Origin: Pseudomonadota bacterium
GTDB taxonomy: Bacteria > Bdellovibrionota_B > Oligoflexia > Oligoflexales > CAIYRB01
Assembly: GCA_031416315.1 (NCBI GenBank)
Contig: JANOTL010000192.1
Span: forward strand, 1-64,000
Direction: 5' to 3'
Length of the DNA stretch: 64,000 bases
The notes beneath the pieces were generated by a model. That model had not been told where the DNA came from. It was given only the letters and a program-made list of their open reading frames with translations, and made no database searches. Made by a program: the position numbers and the translations under genes. This document shows, piece by piece, positions 30,958 through 41,167 of the stretch (its first letter is position 1; each line of letters starts with the position of its first letter).

Positions 30958-31439
30958 GGGCGGCTCCAAATGGCCATGAGCTCGCACTTCGCGCGCGGGA
31001 GGTCCGGGTGTTTCGCCACGAGGTTGCGGCGGACGGAGGTCGCCAGGTCAAAGCTCGCCAAGAGTCCGGAGGCGTTCAGCTCCGACGCATTGACGACGTC
31101 TTCGAAGCCAGTGCCCTTGGAAAGCGCGCTGACGCCGGTCTTCCGCTCGATCAGGTCGTAGCCGGCGAAGGTGAAGCCGGGAACGATCGGAACGCGCAGG
31201 GCGACGTCCTCCTTCGGATTGCGCAGCACCGCGTGAACGCAAGCGCTGGAGGCCGATGGCCCGAGGCGACGCATCAGATAGTCATAGTTGACGAAGTAAA
31301 CGAGGGGAAAGTCCTCCTGGACCATGTAAGCCCAGTCGGCGCCGACGCGATCTTGGATCAGCGGCTTGCGCAGCCGGGAGTCCAGGGTCTGGGAAGGGCC
31401 GCTACGCTCGAGGGCGATGTACCAAAATTCTTCGATCAA
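30954..31439 (-). CDS. Hypothetical protein
   Basis: Stop overlaps the map start; operon-like spacing. Confidence 0.55.
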   Translation of the reverse strand: MIEEFWYIALERSGPSQTLDSRLRKPLIQDRVGADWAYMVQEDFPLVYFVNYDYLMRRLGPSASSACVHAVLRNPKEDVALRVPIVPGFTFAGYDLIERKTGVSALSKGTGFEDVVNASELNASGLLASFDLATSVRRNLVAKHPDLPRAKCELMAIWSRP

Positions 31440-31448
31440 TGCGTCAAC

Positions 31449-32246
31449 TCAAGGTGCAGAGCCGACGCCGTTGTCGAACCAGATGCGGTCTTCGCGCGCC
31501 GAGTAACCCAGTTTGGCGTAAAGCGCCTTCGCCGGCTCGTTGTTTTTCAGGACGGTCAAGCTTACAAGGACCGACTCTTCGAGTGCGACCTTCGTGAGTG
31601 TCGAGGTTACCTCAGTCGCGAAACCTTTGCCGCGATCCTGTGGTCGCGTCTCGACGCTCACAAGCTCGGCGACGGCCGGCACACGGACGAAGGTGGACGC
31701 GATCGCGACCAGCTCCGAACCTTCCCAGGTGCCGAACAGCCAAGCGCCGCGGATCCATTGGACGAAACCAGGCGCGGCACGCTCCGGCGCGCCCTTGAAC
31801 TTGGCCAACGCCAGGGCATCGCCTTCTACGAGGCGGCGCGTCGCCGAGCCCTTATGGGCCGGAATGAACGTCGCGCGCGTCACTTCCATGCGTTGCTCCA
31901 GGTACGCTTTCGCGTCCGGTGCCAGGGCCTGAAGGGTCGGAAGGAGGTCGGCTGGCGTCTCGCGCGCCAGCCAAGAGCCGGTAGGAACGTGTTGCAGCAA
32001 GGGCTTGACGCCTTCGGGCGATCCGTCGAGGACGATCGTCACTGCCGTCTGCGCGCCAGGATGTCCCGTCAGGAGCAGATAATCGAGGCGCGCGCCTTCG
32101 TGATCGGGCTGACGGAAGTAGAGCTTCGTCCGCTCGGGCCACTGTTGAAGATCTTGGATCGCCCAGGCGTTGCGGCCCGGCTCGCGCAGGAGACGCTCGA
32201 GGAGCCACGGGCGATTGATGGCGTCGGCGATTTTGGTCGAGCTCAT
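31449..32246 (-). CDS. GNAT acetyltransferase
   Basis: VETRPQDRGKGFAT and NEPAKALYAKLGY. Confidence 0.85.
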   Translation of the reverse strand: MSSTKIADAINRPWLLERLLREPGRNAWAIQDLQQWPERTKLYFRQPDHEGARLDYLLLTGHPGAQTAVTIVLDGSPEGVKPLLQHVPTGSWLARETPADLLPTLQALAPDAKAYLEQRMEVTRATFIPAHKGSATRRLVEGDALALAKFKGAPERAAPGFVQWIRGAWLFGTWEGSELVAIASTFVRVPAVAELVSVETRPQDRGKGFATEVTSTLTKVALEESVLVSLTVLKNNEPAKALYAKLGYSAREDRIWFDNGVGSAP

Positions 32247-32374
32247 GGTCCCAGGGTTCTAGCACAGACGAAGAAAGGGCTCGCCCGATCCCTAATTTTC
32301 TTATGAAATCAGGGAATTACAACGCAATTTCGGCGCGGGCTAAGGACGTCCGCACGGTCACCCGAAAGGCCGCT

Positions 32375-33070
32375 ATGGCTAGCCGCGTCTTGATCGCTGA
32401 AGACAACCTCGTGAACCAGATGGTCGCGCGCGGGCTCGTTCTGCGCCTAGGCTACGAGGTTGGCGTCGCCGGCAACGGGCGTGAGGTGCTCGCGGCGCTC
32501 GGCTCGGAAAGTTACGCCCTCGTGCTGATGGACTGTCAGATGCCGGAGATGGACGGCTATCAAGCGACCGCCGCAATCCGCGCGTCCGAAGCGGCGTGGC
32601 GCAAGATTCCCATCCTCGCGATGACGACGAGCACGGAGAGCGGCGACCGGGCCCGCTGCCTCGAGGCCGGAATGAACGGCTTCGTCGCCAAGCCACTGAA
32701 GGCGGAGAACCTGGCCGACGCGTTGCAGAAGTGGCTCTTGGTCGATCATCAGGCGCTCGACGAGATTCGCGAGCTCGGCCCGAGCTTGCTGGCGGAGCTC
32801 CTCGAGACGTTCGCGAAGTTGGTGCCAGCGCGCGTCCTCGTGATGCGGCAAGCCATAGCCGAGTTGCGAGTCGAGTCGGTTCGTTTCGAGGCGCACGCGT
32901 TGAAATCCGCGTCGGGAAACCTCGGCGCCACGGGGATGGCTGCGGTATGCGCCGCGCTCGAAGCGACGATCTCTCTCGGCGACGGCAGCGCCACCTCGGC
33001 GACGATCGATCAACTAGAGCGCGAGTTCACTGCGTACATGCGCGCGGTACGCAGCGTGGAGGCGGCATGA
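32375..33070 (+). CDS. Receiver + Hpt phosphorelay protein
   Basis: LIAEDNLVNQ, LMDCQMP, AKP, EAHALKSASGNLGA. Confidence 0.9.
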   Translation: MASRVLIAEDNLVNQMVARGLVLRLGYEVGVAGNGREVLAALGSESYALVLMDCQMPEMDGYQATAAIRASEAAWRKIPILAMTTSTESGDRARCLEAGMNGFVAKPLKAENLADALQKWLLVDHQALDEIRELGPSLLAELLETFAKLVPARVLVMRQAIAELRVESVRFEAHALKSASGNLGATGMAAVCAALEATISLGDGSATSATIDQLEREFTAYMRAVRSVEAA

Positions 33071-33747
33071 GCGACGCACGCAAAAAACTCGCTGTCATCG
33101 CGGAAGACGATCCGATCAATCAGCGTCTCGCGACGATGGTCCTCCAGAAGGCCGGCTTCCACACCGAAGTCTGCGATCACGGCGGCGAATGCATCGACCT
33201 CCTGGCCGGGGACGTCGACGCGGACTTGCTGGTCCTCGACCTACAGATGCCGCGGTACGACGGCTTTCACGTCCTGCAGCGGCTGAACGATCTGAAGCTC
33301 ATCGAGCAGTTTCCGATCTGCGTGCTCACGGGCGACAGCCGGCCGGAGACGGTAAAACGCGCGCTGCTGGCCGGAGCGCACGACTACGTCGTCAAACCTT
33401 ACAAGGCGCCGGAACTGGATCAGCGGGTGCGCGAGCTCGTGTTCGACGCGAGCGAGGCGGAGATCCGCAAGCTTATCGAAAATCTGCGGGTGCACGATCC
33501 GTCGATGTTTCACGCGCATGGATTGCAAGCGTGGGCGCAGCGCGGGTTCAACGCGTATCAGACGGCATACGAGAAAAACAGCATCTGCGTCCTGATTCCG
33601 CGAAGCACCACGCCGGCGGCCTATACCAAAATGCCGTACGCCGAGATCACGGCGAAGACGCACATCTTCCGGAAGCGCTCGTTCGGCTGGCGCAAGGTGT
33701 GGCCGACCTATGCCGTCTCCGGTAAAAAGGCCGACAAAGCTTCATGA
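33067..33747 (+). CDS. Response regulator with unrecognised C-terminal domain
   Basis: IAEDD, LDLQMP, VLTG, VKP; ATGA overlap. Confidence 0.85.
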   Translation: MSDARKKLAVIAEDDPINQRLATMVLQKAGFHTEVCDHGGECIDLLAGDVDADLLVLDLQMPRYDGFHVLQRLNDLKLIEQFPICVLTGDSRPETVKRALLAGAHDYVVKPYKAPELDQRVRELVFDASEAEIRKLIENLRVHDPSMFHAHGLQAWAQRGFNAYQTAYEKNSICVLIPRSTTPAAYTKMPYAEITAKTHIFRKRSFGWRKVWPTYAVSGKKADKAS

Positions 33748-33941
33748 GCGGTCGACGTCGCAGGCGATCTGGCCGCGGTCCACACGGAAGGCCATGAGGA
33801 TCGGGCGACAGCAAATCTGGCAATCCTCGACGTACGTTTGTCCGCCCGCGCTCGGGTCGAAGAACGTGGTGAAGGGCTCGCCGCACCAGGGACATTGAAT
33901 TTCGATCGGCTCTTCCATACCCTCAGATGTATAGTGCCAGG

Positions 33942-34565
33942 ATGGAAACGTACACCTTGCATTCGGTCAAAGCATGGGGCGGCGCGATCCCACAGATCGT
34001 GCTGGCGATGTCGGGTCTCGAGCACGAGACGCGGTTCCACGACCCGAAGGAGCTCCGCGAGAGCCCCGAATACGGGCGACTCAATCCGCTCCGGCAGGTG
34101 CCGACGCTCGAGCTGCCGAACGGTCAGATCATGACCGAAAGCCTCGCGATCTGCACTTATCTCTGCGAGAAGGCCGGCGTGGCTTTGGTGCCGGAGGCCG
34201 ACGCGCCCGAACGTGCTCACTATCTGCGGTGGTCGACGTTCCTCGTCGCCTCCATCTACCCGACGTTCACCGTGGCCGACGATCCGAAGCGCTGGGTGAC
34301 GACGACGGCGAGCCAGGAAGAGTTGCGCAAGTCGATCGCGGCCTTTCGCGAAGGCATGTGGCGCAACGTCGAGGGGGCCGCCGCGCCGAAGGGGGATTGG
34401 TTCCTCGGCGAGCGGCAGTCTTTGATCGACGTGTATCTGTCGGTGATGACGTTGTGGACGCCGCGCTGGGAATGGTTCGAAGCGCAAACGCCGCGCATCG
34501 CGCAGATCGCGCGCCGGTTTCGGGATACCGAGGTGTTCCGGAAGGTGTTTGCGGCGAACAGCTGA
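33942..34565 (+). CDS. Glutathione S-transferase family protein
   Basis: NPLRQVPTL, MTESLAI. Confidence 0.88.
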   Translation: METYTLHSVKAWGGAIPQIVLAMSGLEHETRFHDPKELRESPEYGRLNPLRQVPTLELPNGQIMTESLAICTYLCEKAGVALVPEADAPERAHYLRWSTFLVASIYPTFTVADDPKRWVTTTASQEELRKSIAAFREGMWRNVEGAAAPKGDWFLGERQSLIDVYLSVMTLWTPRWEWFEAQTPRIAQIARRFRDTEVFRKVFAANS

Positions 34566-34570
34566 TCGTC

Positions 34571-35068
34571 CTACAGCAAGTCGCCCAAACTCGCGAGGAA
34601 GAGACCGAGCGCCTTCCGGTCCGCAATCATCAAGGCCTTGGCTGGCTTACCTTTCGCCGTCAGCGCTTCGCCGAGCGCCTCGGCGTTCACGTCCAGCAGA
34701 CAGCCCTGAGCGCGATCGGCGTGATGCATGAGCATCGACTCCGCGTTGCGCACGAAGCGCTCGGCGCCGTCGTTTGCCAGAAACACCAGCCGAGACATAC
34801 GCTGCGACGGCGGCTTCCCGGTTTTCTCGAGCACGAGCTGAATGCCCTTCTTCTCACGGTCCAAGAGTTGTTCGATCGCCTCCAGACCCTGCACGAGATG
34901 GCCGGTGCCGAAAACCGCCCGGAGTGCTACGAGGAGCTTGGCCTCGAAGGCCAGGGTCGAGACCTTGATCTGGCCGCCCTCGCGCAGAGGCCGCTCGCTG
35001 CGGGAGAAGTAGGCTTCGAGCGCGGCGCGCTTCGGGTGCTTCTCGACGTCTTTCGGTAATCTCAGCAT
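34571..35068 (-). CDS. Hypothetical protein
   Basis: Fills the gap between GST and DUF72 genes; globular composition. Confidence 0.6.
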   Translation of the reverse strand: MLRLPKDVEKHPKRAALEAYFSRSERPLREGGQIKVSTLAFEAKLLVALRAVFGTGHLVQGLEAIEQLLDREKKGIQLVLEKTGKPPSQRMSRLVFLANDGAERFVRNAESMLMHHADRAQGCLLDVNAEALGEALTAKGKPAKALMIADRKALGLFLASLGDLL

Positions 35069-35079
35069 GGCTTCCTATC

Positions 35080-35925
35080 GTGCACTTTGGTCGGGTCAAA
35101 AACGTATCGGGAATCGACTTCGCGCTGCCGGCGGATGCGCCGCGCACGCGGGCCTTCCTGGCGCTCGACTGGGGCGGTGCCGGGAGAATGCACGTCGGCG
35201 GGGCGATTTGGAAGTTCAAGCCGAGCGACCGCCTCGCGGGGTACGCGAGCCGCTACGGCACGGTCGAGGTGAACAGCACCTTCTATCACTTGCTCGACGC
35301 GCCTCGGATCGACGCTTGGCGGCGGCAAGTGCCCGCGAGCTTTCGCTTCTGTCCGAAGCTTTATCGCGGGATCACGGAGCGGCCGGCGGCTCCGGAGCTG
35401 GCCGAGCTCGTGACGCAGTGCGCTACGGGGATGGCTGCTTTCGGCGAGACCTTCGGTCTGGCCTTCGCGCAGTTTCCCGAGACCTTGGGCCCGGCCCAGC
35501 TCCCGCTCGTCAAGCGGGTGCTCGACTTCTGGCCGCGGGAGCTGCCGCTCGCCGTCGAGCTCCGGCATCCGGGATGGTTTCGCAATCATGCTCTGATCGA
35601 TGAAGCGGTGAACCTCCTGTATCGCCATGGGACGGCGACGGTGATCACCGATACACCTGGACGCCGCGACGCTGTGCACACGTCCTTTGCGCAACCGCGA
35701 GTCATGATCCGCTACTTAGGGCTCGAGCTCGACCCGCTGGATGAAAGGCGGCTCACCGATTGGGCCGGTCGGATGCGAGAATGGGCGGCGCAGGGGATGG
35801 ACGATCTCTACTTCTTGGTACATCAGCCGGTCGAGGCCATGATCCCCGAGACCGCGAACCTCATGGCGAAGGTGCTGCATGGAAGCTTGCCAGCTGGTGA
35901 CGATTCCGTTCTCTCACTTCTGTGA
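35080..35925 (+). CDS. DUF72 family protein
   Basis: TVEVNSTFY, FRFCPKL, LAVELRHPGWF. Confidence 0.9.
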   Translation: MHFGRVKNVSGIDFALPADAPRTRAFLALDWGGAGRMHVGGAIWKFKPSDRLAGYASRYGTVEVNSTFYHLLDAPRIDAWRRQVPASFRFCPKLYRGITERPAAPELAELVTQCATGMAAFGETFGLAFAQFPETLGPAQLPLVKRVLDFWPRELPLAVELRHPGWFRNHALIDEAVNLLYRHGTATVITDTPGRRDAVHTSFAQPRVMIRYLGLELDPLDERRLTDWAGRMREWAAQGMDDLYFLVHQPVEAMIPETANLMAKVLHGSLPAGDDSVLSLL

Positions 35926-36661
35926 GAAGGCGCGTTGGGCGCTGGACCTTGCGCGGATTCCTTACCGTGAGAAGCCCTACGTGCCGGGGCTCCACATGCT
36001 GGGGACGAAGGTCCGCGGGAGAGGACGGAGCGTGCCCGTGCTGATCACGCCCGAGGGGTGCTTCACGGATTCGACGGACATCTTGCGGTTCGTGGACCGC
36101 GAAAGACGGTCGGGGCCGCAGCTCTACCCGACCGCGATGGCGGGAAGTCAGAGCGCGGCGGAGATCGAGGATTGGCTCGACGAGGAGCTGGGTCCTGCCG
36201 TGCGCCTCTTCGCCTATCGCCACCTCCTTCCCGAGCCGAAGGCGCTCTTCGCGCTGACAGGGCCGACGTTCTCGCAGCCCCAGCGCCTCCTCTTCCGCTC
36301 GCTCCTGCCGGTGGTCGGCAAGCTGATCGCGCGGTCCTATCGCATCAACGACGAGCGAGCCCTGAGAGCGCGGGCCCGCGTCGTCGGCACCTTCACGCGT
36401 GTCGACGCGCTTTTGGCCGACGGGCGGAAGTACCTGGCCGGCGCCGCGTTCTCCGCAGCGGACTTGACCTTCGCCGCGCTGGCCGGGCCGGTGCTCTGCT
36501 ATCCGGAGATGCAGTACCGGCGCGGCAAGCGCGCCACGAAGGCGGTCGAGGATGCGTTCGATCAGCTACCAGCGGAGTTTGTGAGCCTGGTGCGAGAACT
36601 GCGGGGAACGGCAGCGGCAGATCACGGATTAAGAATGTACCGAGAGTTCAGGCGCTTCTGA
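35879..36661 (+). CDS. GST-family protein
   Basis: SHFCEKARWALD, VPVL, DSTDIL, FSAADLTFAAL. Confidence 0.85.
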   Translation: MEACQLVTIPFSHFCEKARWALDLARIPYREKPYVPGLHMLGTKVRGRGRSVPVLITPEGCFTDSTDILRFVDRERRSGPQLYPTAMAGSQSAAEIEDWLDEELGPAVRLFAYRHLLPEPKALFALTGPTFSQPQRLLFRSLLPVVGKLIARSYRINDERALRARARVVGTFTRVDALLADGRKYLAGAAFSAADLTFAALAGPVLCYPEMQYRRGKRATKAVEDAFDQLPAEFVSLVRELRGTAAADHGLRMYREFRRF

Positions 36662-36851
36662 TCCGGGCGACCCAGGCATAAGGCAGAATGCGGGGCGCGC
36701 TCGCACCGTCGGTCATCAGATGGAAGTTCTCGGTGTCCAACGCCGTGATCTTGCCGATCAGAAGCTCCTGGTCCTGCTTCATGCGAACTTGGATCTTCAA
36801 CGCGTACGGTTGGACCGATTTACAGAAGTCTCGAATTTCGTTCGGGGACAT
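36648..36851 (-). CDS. Small hypothetical protein, beta-rich
   Basis: 67-aa ORF with natural composition. Confidence 0.5.
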   Translation of the reverse strand: MSPNEIRDFCKSVQPYALKIQVRMKQDQELLIGKITALDTENFHLMTDGASAPRILPYAWVARIRSA

Positions 36852-36969
36852 CGCGCGTCTCCATGCTTTATATTAGATCGCGCAGGTTATACCATTGAAT
36901 GGGGTCTTGTCCTTAGAATTTCTTACAAAATGCGAGAATGACCCGGCTTTCAGGAGACCGCGCAAGCAA

Positions 36970-37461
36970 CTACGTTTCGGCCAGTCTCTTGAGGCGCTCG
37001 CCGTCGACGCGGAACACGGTCCACTCGTTCATGGCGCGCGCGCCGAGCGCCTCGTAGAACCGGATGGCGTCCTCGTTCCAGTCGAGAACCCACCATTCCA
37101 AGCGGCCGCAGTCCCGCTCGACGGCGAGCTTTGCCAAGTGGGCGAGGAGAGCTTTGCCCACGCCGTGCCCGCGCGCCTCGGGTTCGACGAAGAGGTCCTC
37201 GAGGTAGAGCCCCGGCTTGGCGAGAAAGGTGGAGAAGTTGTGGAAGAAGAGGGCGAAGCCGACGGGAACGCCGCTCAACTCTGCCATGATCACTTCGGCA
37301 TAGGGTCGGGGGCCAAATAGGGACTCGTTCAATTTCGCTTCGGTGGCGAGCACCTCGTGGGACAGCTTCTCGTAGGCCGCGAGACTCCGAATGAAGGCCA
37401 GGATCCGAGGTCCGTCGGAGGGCACGGCGGAGCGCAAGTGAAGCGTCTTATTCATGGGCAT
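36970..37461 (-). CDS. GNAT acetyltransferase, SSAT-like
   Basis: LAAYEK, FSTF..GLYLEDLFV..RGHGVGK, LEWWVLDWN. Confidence 0.92.
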   Translation of the reverse strand: MPMNKTLHLRSAVPSDGPRILAFIRSLAAYEKLSHEVLATEAKLNESLFGPRPYAEVIMAELSGVPVGFALFFHNFSTFLAKPGLYLEDLFVEPEARGHGVGKALLAHLAKLAVERDCGRLEWWVLDWNEDAIRFYEALGARAMNEWTVFRVDGERLKRLAET

Positions 37462-37562
37462 TATTCCCAGGGATCTTCGAGGATTCGGGCGCAGACTCAG
37501 GGGATTCGCTGATCCGGGCGATGGGATACCTGTGGGCACGAGATGCCCCTAAGGAGGATCGC

Positions 37563-37715
37563 ATGGGCGACAGCTCGCCGAAGGATAAGCAGAAAAAGAA
37601 GAAGCAGCACGAAAAAGAGGTCGCGGACCTCAACCGCGCGCGCAACGAAAAAGCGCAGCGGGACAAGCAGCAAGCCGGCGGACAGCCAGCCGGCGGCGAC
37701 AAGAAAGCCAGCTGA
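37563..37715 (+). CDS. Small Lys/Gln-rich protein
   Basis: AAGGAGG SD; MGDSSPKDKQKKKKQ. Confidence 0.6.
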   Translation: MGDSSPKDKQKKKKQHEKEVADLNRARNEKAQRDKQQAGGQPAGGDKKAS

Positions 37716-37721
37716 CGGCCG

Positions 37722-39140
37722 TCAGGAAACGAGCTTCACCGAAAACTTGCGGCCTTTGATCCGGCCGCTCTGGAGTCTTTCGATCGCCGCCGACGCAATG
37801 TCGGCGGCGATTGCCACGTACGCGAAGCGGTCGTGGATCTCGATCTTGCCGATCTCCGCGCCTGCGAGACCGCCGGCCTCTCCCGTGAGGGCACCGAGGA
37901 TGTCGCCAGGGCGGAGCTTGTCTTTGCGGCCGCCGCCGATCATCAGGGTGACCATCGCGGCATCGCCCTTGGGGCGCGGGGCCGCCGGCGAAGCCATCGG
38001 CTCTGGACCACCGCGGTTTAGCGAATCAACCGACTTCCGCTGGATACTGTTGCCGGTCAAGGTCTCGATCGCCGCGACCTTGTTGACTTCGCGCGGGGTC
38101 GCGAAGGAGACGGCGACGCCCGATTTGCCCGCGCGGCCGGAGCGGCCGATGCGGTGGACGTAGATCTCGGGCTTACTGGGCAGGTCGAGGTTGACGACGA
38201 GGTCTAAGTCCTCGACATCGAGCCCGCGCGCGGCCACGTCGGTCGCGACGAGGATGCGGACGCTGCGATTGCGGAACTTCGCCATCATTTGATCGCGCTC
38301 GAACTGCTCGAGGTCGCCGTGAAGCGATCCGGTGCTGATGCCTCGGTTTTTAAGGGCCGCGGCGACGTCGGCAACCCCTGCTTTGAAGTTGCAGAAGACG
38401 ATCGCGGACTGCGGCTTTTGATCTTTCAGGAGGCGGAGCAGGACGTCGAGCTTGTCCGCTTGCGCCACCTCGTAGACGAGCTGACGGATCGACGGGGTGC
38501 TCTTCTCGGTGCTTTCGATGGAGATGCGGACCGGCTCGCGCTGGTGGCCCGTACTCATCGCCATGATCGACTGGGGAAACGTCGCCGAGAACAGGACGGT
38601 TTGGCGGTTCTCCGGGGTCGCCTTGAGGATCTTCTGCATGTCCTCTTCAAAACCCATGTCGAGCATGCGGTCGGCTTCGTCGAGGACGACGGTGGCGACC
38701 TTTTGCAGGTCGAGGCGATTGCGGCTGACGCAGTCGAGGACGCGACCCGGGGTACCGACGACGATGTGCACGCCCTTTTCGAGGGCGTCGAGCTGGGGGC
38801 CGATGGGAGAGCCCCCGGCGAGAATCAAGACTTGAAGTCCCGGGTGCTTGCGGCCGAGCTTCCGGACTTCCCTCGCGACCTGGGCGCAAAGCTCGCGGGT
38901 CGGGCTCAGGATCAACGCCTGGAGGCGACGGCCCGGGAGGCGGATCTTCGCCAGGATGGGCAGCGCGAACGCAGCGGTCTTGCCGCTGCCGGTATGCGAT
39001 TGGCCCACGACGTCCCGGCCCTTCAGGAGGGGGGGGATGCTCTGGGCTTGGATCGGGGTGGGTTGGTCGTAACCGAGCTCGCGGACGACTTCGAGGAGCA
39101 TCGGAGGGAGCCCGAGGGCTCCGAAGGCTTTGTCTGACAT
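37722..39140 (-). CDS. dbpA: DEAD-box RNA helicase DbpA
   Basis: TGSGKT, PTREL, DEAD, SAT, HRIGR, C-terminal GGRKDKLRPGDILGAL RNA-binding domain. Confidence 0.95.
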   Translation of the reverse strand: MSDKAFGALGLPPMLLEVVRELGYDQPTPIQAQSIPPLLKGRDVVGQSHTGSGKTAAFALPILAKIRLPGRRLQALILSPTRELCAQVAREVRKLGRKHPGLQVLILAGGSPIGPQLDALEKGVHIVVGTPGRVLDCVSRNRLDLQKVATVVLDEADRMLDMGFEEDMQKILKATPENRQTVLFSATFPQSIMAMSTGHQREPVRISIESTEKSTPSIRQLVYEVAQADKLDVLLRLLKDQKPQSAIVFCNFKAGVADVAAALKNRGISTGSLHGDLEQFERDQMMAKFRNRSVRILVATDVAARGLDVEDLDLVVNLDLPSKPEIYVHRIGRSGRAGKSGVAVSFATPREVNKVAAIETLTGNSIQRKSVDSLNRGGPEPMASPAAPRPKGDAAMVTLMIGGGRKDKLRPGDILGALTGEAGGLAGAEIGKIEIHDRFAYVAIAADIASAAIERLQSGRIKGRKFSVKLVS

Positions 39141-39262
39141 GCGGGGGCTTCTAGCAGACGGCGGGGCCCACGGCTACTCGATTGGGGATAAGAGGCGGGC
39201 GTCGCGTCGGAAACACGTGACAGCTTTACAGTTTCCGGCCGGAGTCGAGCGGTAGCCGGCGC

Positions 39263-40381
39263 TCAAGGCTTGCTCGGACCGAAGGGGCCGGAGCCCACGT
39301 CGGCGATGACGGAACGGACGTGCTCGGCTTCACCGTGCAACGCCTGCGCGATCGGTTCGCGGAAGCGCGCGTCGCGCAGCCAATGCGCGCTGTACACGAT
39401 AGACGGCAGAAATCCGCGCTGAATCTTGTGGGCGCCCTGGGCGCCGGCCTCGAAGCGGCGCATCTTGCGGGCGATCGCCCATTCGATCGTTTGGTAGTAG
39501 CAAAGCTCGAAGTGCAGGCCGGGGTAATCGTGCGTCGTACCCCAGTAGCGCCCGAAGAGCTGCGATCCCTTGAAGAAGTTCAGGGCAGCGGCGATCGGGG
39601 TTCCGGCGTCTTTCGCGACGACGAGGAGCGTTTCGTCGGGCATCGCGGCGAAGACGGCGGCGAAGAAGGCCGGCGGCAGATAAGCGTTCGACTCCTTCTT
39701 CTCGATCGTCGTCTCGTAGAAGCGAAACATCATGGCGCCGAGCTCTTCGGCGCGGGTCGCGAGCTCGGGGCCGGTGAGGCATTCGATGGCGAGCCCGTGC
39801 GCAGCGACTTGGCGGCGCTCGCGCTCGACGTCGCGGCGGCGCTTGCTGACGAAGTGGGAGAGATAGTCGGCGAAATCTCGATAGCCGCGGTTCTCCCAGT
39901 GGAACTGCAACGTGTTGCGGACCAAGAAGCCGTGCTCCGCAAAAGCGGCGGTCTCCGCTTTCGGCAGGAAAAGCGCGTGCGCCGAGCTACAGTCGTTGGC
40001 GACCGCGAGCTCGATCAAGGCGCGCGGCATCGCGGCAGCGGAAGCCGTGTCGGCCGCGAGGATCCGCGCGCCGGTGGCCGGCGTGAACGGCACCATGCTG
40101 ACGATCTTCGGGTAGTAAGCGACGCCGTTTCTCTTGTAGAACTGCGCCCATTCCCAGTCGAAGATGAACTCACCGTAGCTGTGCGTCTTGAGATACGCCG
40201 GCAAGAAGGCGTTTTCAGCGACGAGGTGGCAAGGCGCCCAGCCGGTGCTCGGCGAGGCGGCGCCGGAGCTCTCGAGCGCCCCGAGGAAGGCTCGCGTGGC
40301 GAAGGGGTCGTCCGGCGACTCTAGCCGGCGGAAGAGCTCCGACGGAACGCTTGCGATCCTGGTTTCGACTCGAACGTCCAT
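39263..40381 (-). CDS. FemAB-like/DUF482 GNAT-fold protein
   Basis: HSYGEFIFDWEWA, YYPK..PFTPATG, LHFELCYYQ, FEAGAQGAHKIQRGF. Confidence 0.92.
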   Translation of the reverse strand: MDVRVETRIASVPSELFRRLESPDDPFATRAFLGALESSGAASPSTGWAPCHLVAENAFLPAYLKTHSYGEFIFDWEWAQFYKRNGVAYYPKIVSMVPFTPATGARILAADTASAAAMPRALIELAVANDCSSAHALFLPKAETAAFAEHGFLVRNTLQFHWENRGYRDFADYLSHFVSKRRRDVERERRQVAAHGLAIECLTGPELATRAEELGAMMFRFYETTIEKKESNAYLPPAFFAAVFAAMPDETLLVVAKDAGTPIAAALNFFKGSQLFGRYWGTTHDYPGLHFELCYYQTIEWAIARKMRRFEAGAQGAHKIQRGFLPSIVYSAHWLRDARFREPIAQALHGEAEHVRSVIADVGSGPFGPSKP

Positions 40382-40480
40382 CCAACGGGGCTCCGGGCTG
40401 ACGTAGCGGCATGATGCCGGTGAAAGGGTACTCCAAGTTCACCCATCGGATTCACATGGAACTACGGGCATGATGATCCA

Positions 40481-41167
40481 ATGAGTGATTCCGTTAAGCA
40501 CGTCTTCACCGTCGGCGCCTTGGGCGACTCGATTACCACTGCGTTTAATGCGGATCGGCCGGGCGACAACGCGCTGCACAGTTGGGCCACCGGATCCGAC
40601 GAAGGGGCACCGGAGAAGAGCCATTTCAGGCGGCTGGCGCAGCTTTATCCGACCCTGAGCGTTCGCTCCGTGAACGTGGCGGTCGCGGGCTCGAGGGCCG
40701 CAGACTTACACGGGCAGGTGGATCGACTCGTGCGCGAGACGCCCGACTACGTCACGCTCTTGATCGGCGCGAACGATTTGCCGCAGTGGCTACTCGGAGA
40801 AGCGGGCACGCTGCTCGACTTATTCGTGCGAAACGTTCGGGAGGCGGCCAAGCGCCTGATCGCGGCGAACCCGCGGGTGATGATCTTGCTGGTGGCCGTT
40901 CCGGATCAGTCGCTCGTTCTGCAGCACGTGATTCCGAATATCGCGCAGCTGCAACGCACGTATCGTACGCATTGGCGCCGGTTGAACCAGGCGTTGGCAG
41001 AGATCGCGGCGGTAGCGGCAGCCAACGTTCGCTACTGCTCCTCGCCGGCGGCGACGCCGATTCCGATGACGCATCTGTCGGCTCTCGATCGCTATCACCC
41101 GAGCGTGGCCGGACAGCGCGCCTTAGCGGCAATGACCTGGAAGGACGGGTTTTTTCCGGCAGGCTAG
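40481..41167 (+). CDS. SGNH/GDSL hydrolase
   Basis: LGDSIT, IGAND, DRYHPS. Confidence 0.9.
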   Translation: MSDSVKHVFTVGALGDSITTAFNADRPGDNALHSWATGSDEGAPEKSHFRRLAQLYPTLSVRSVNVAVAGSRAADLHGQVDRLVRETPDYVTLLIGANDLPQWLLGEAGTLLDLFVRNVREAAKRLIAANPRVMILLVAVPDQSLVLQHVIPNIAQLQRTYRTHWRRLNQALAEIAAVAAANVRYCSSPAATPIPMTHLSALDRYHPSVAGQRALAAMTWKDGFFPAG

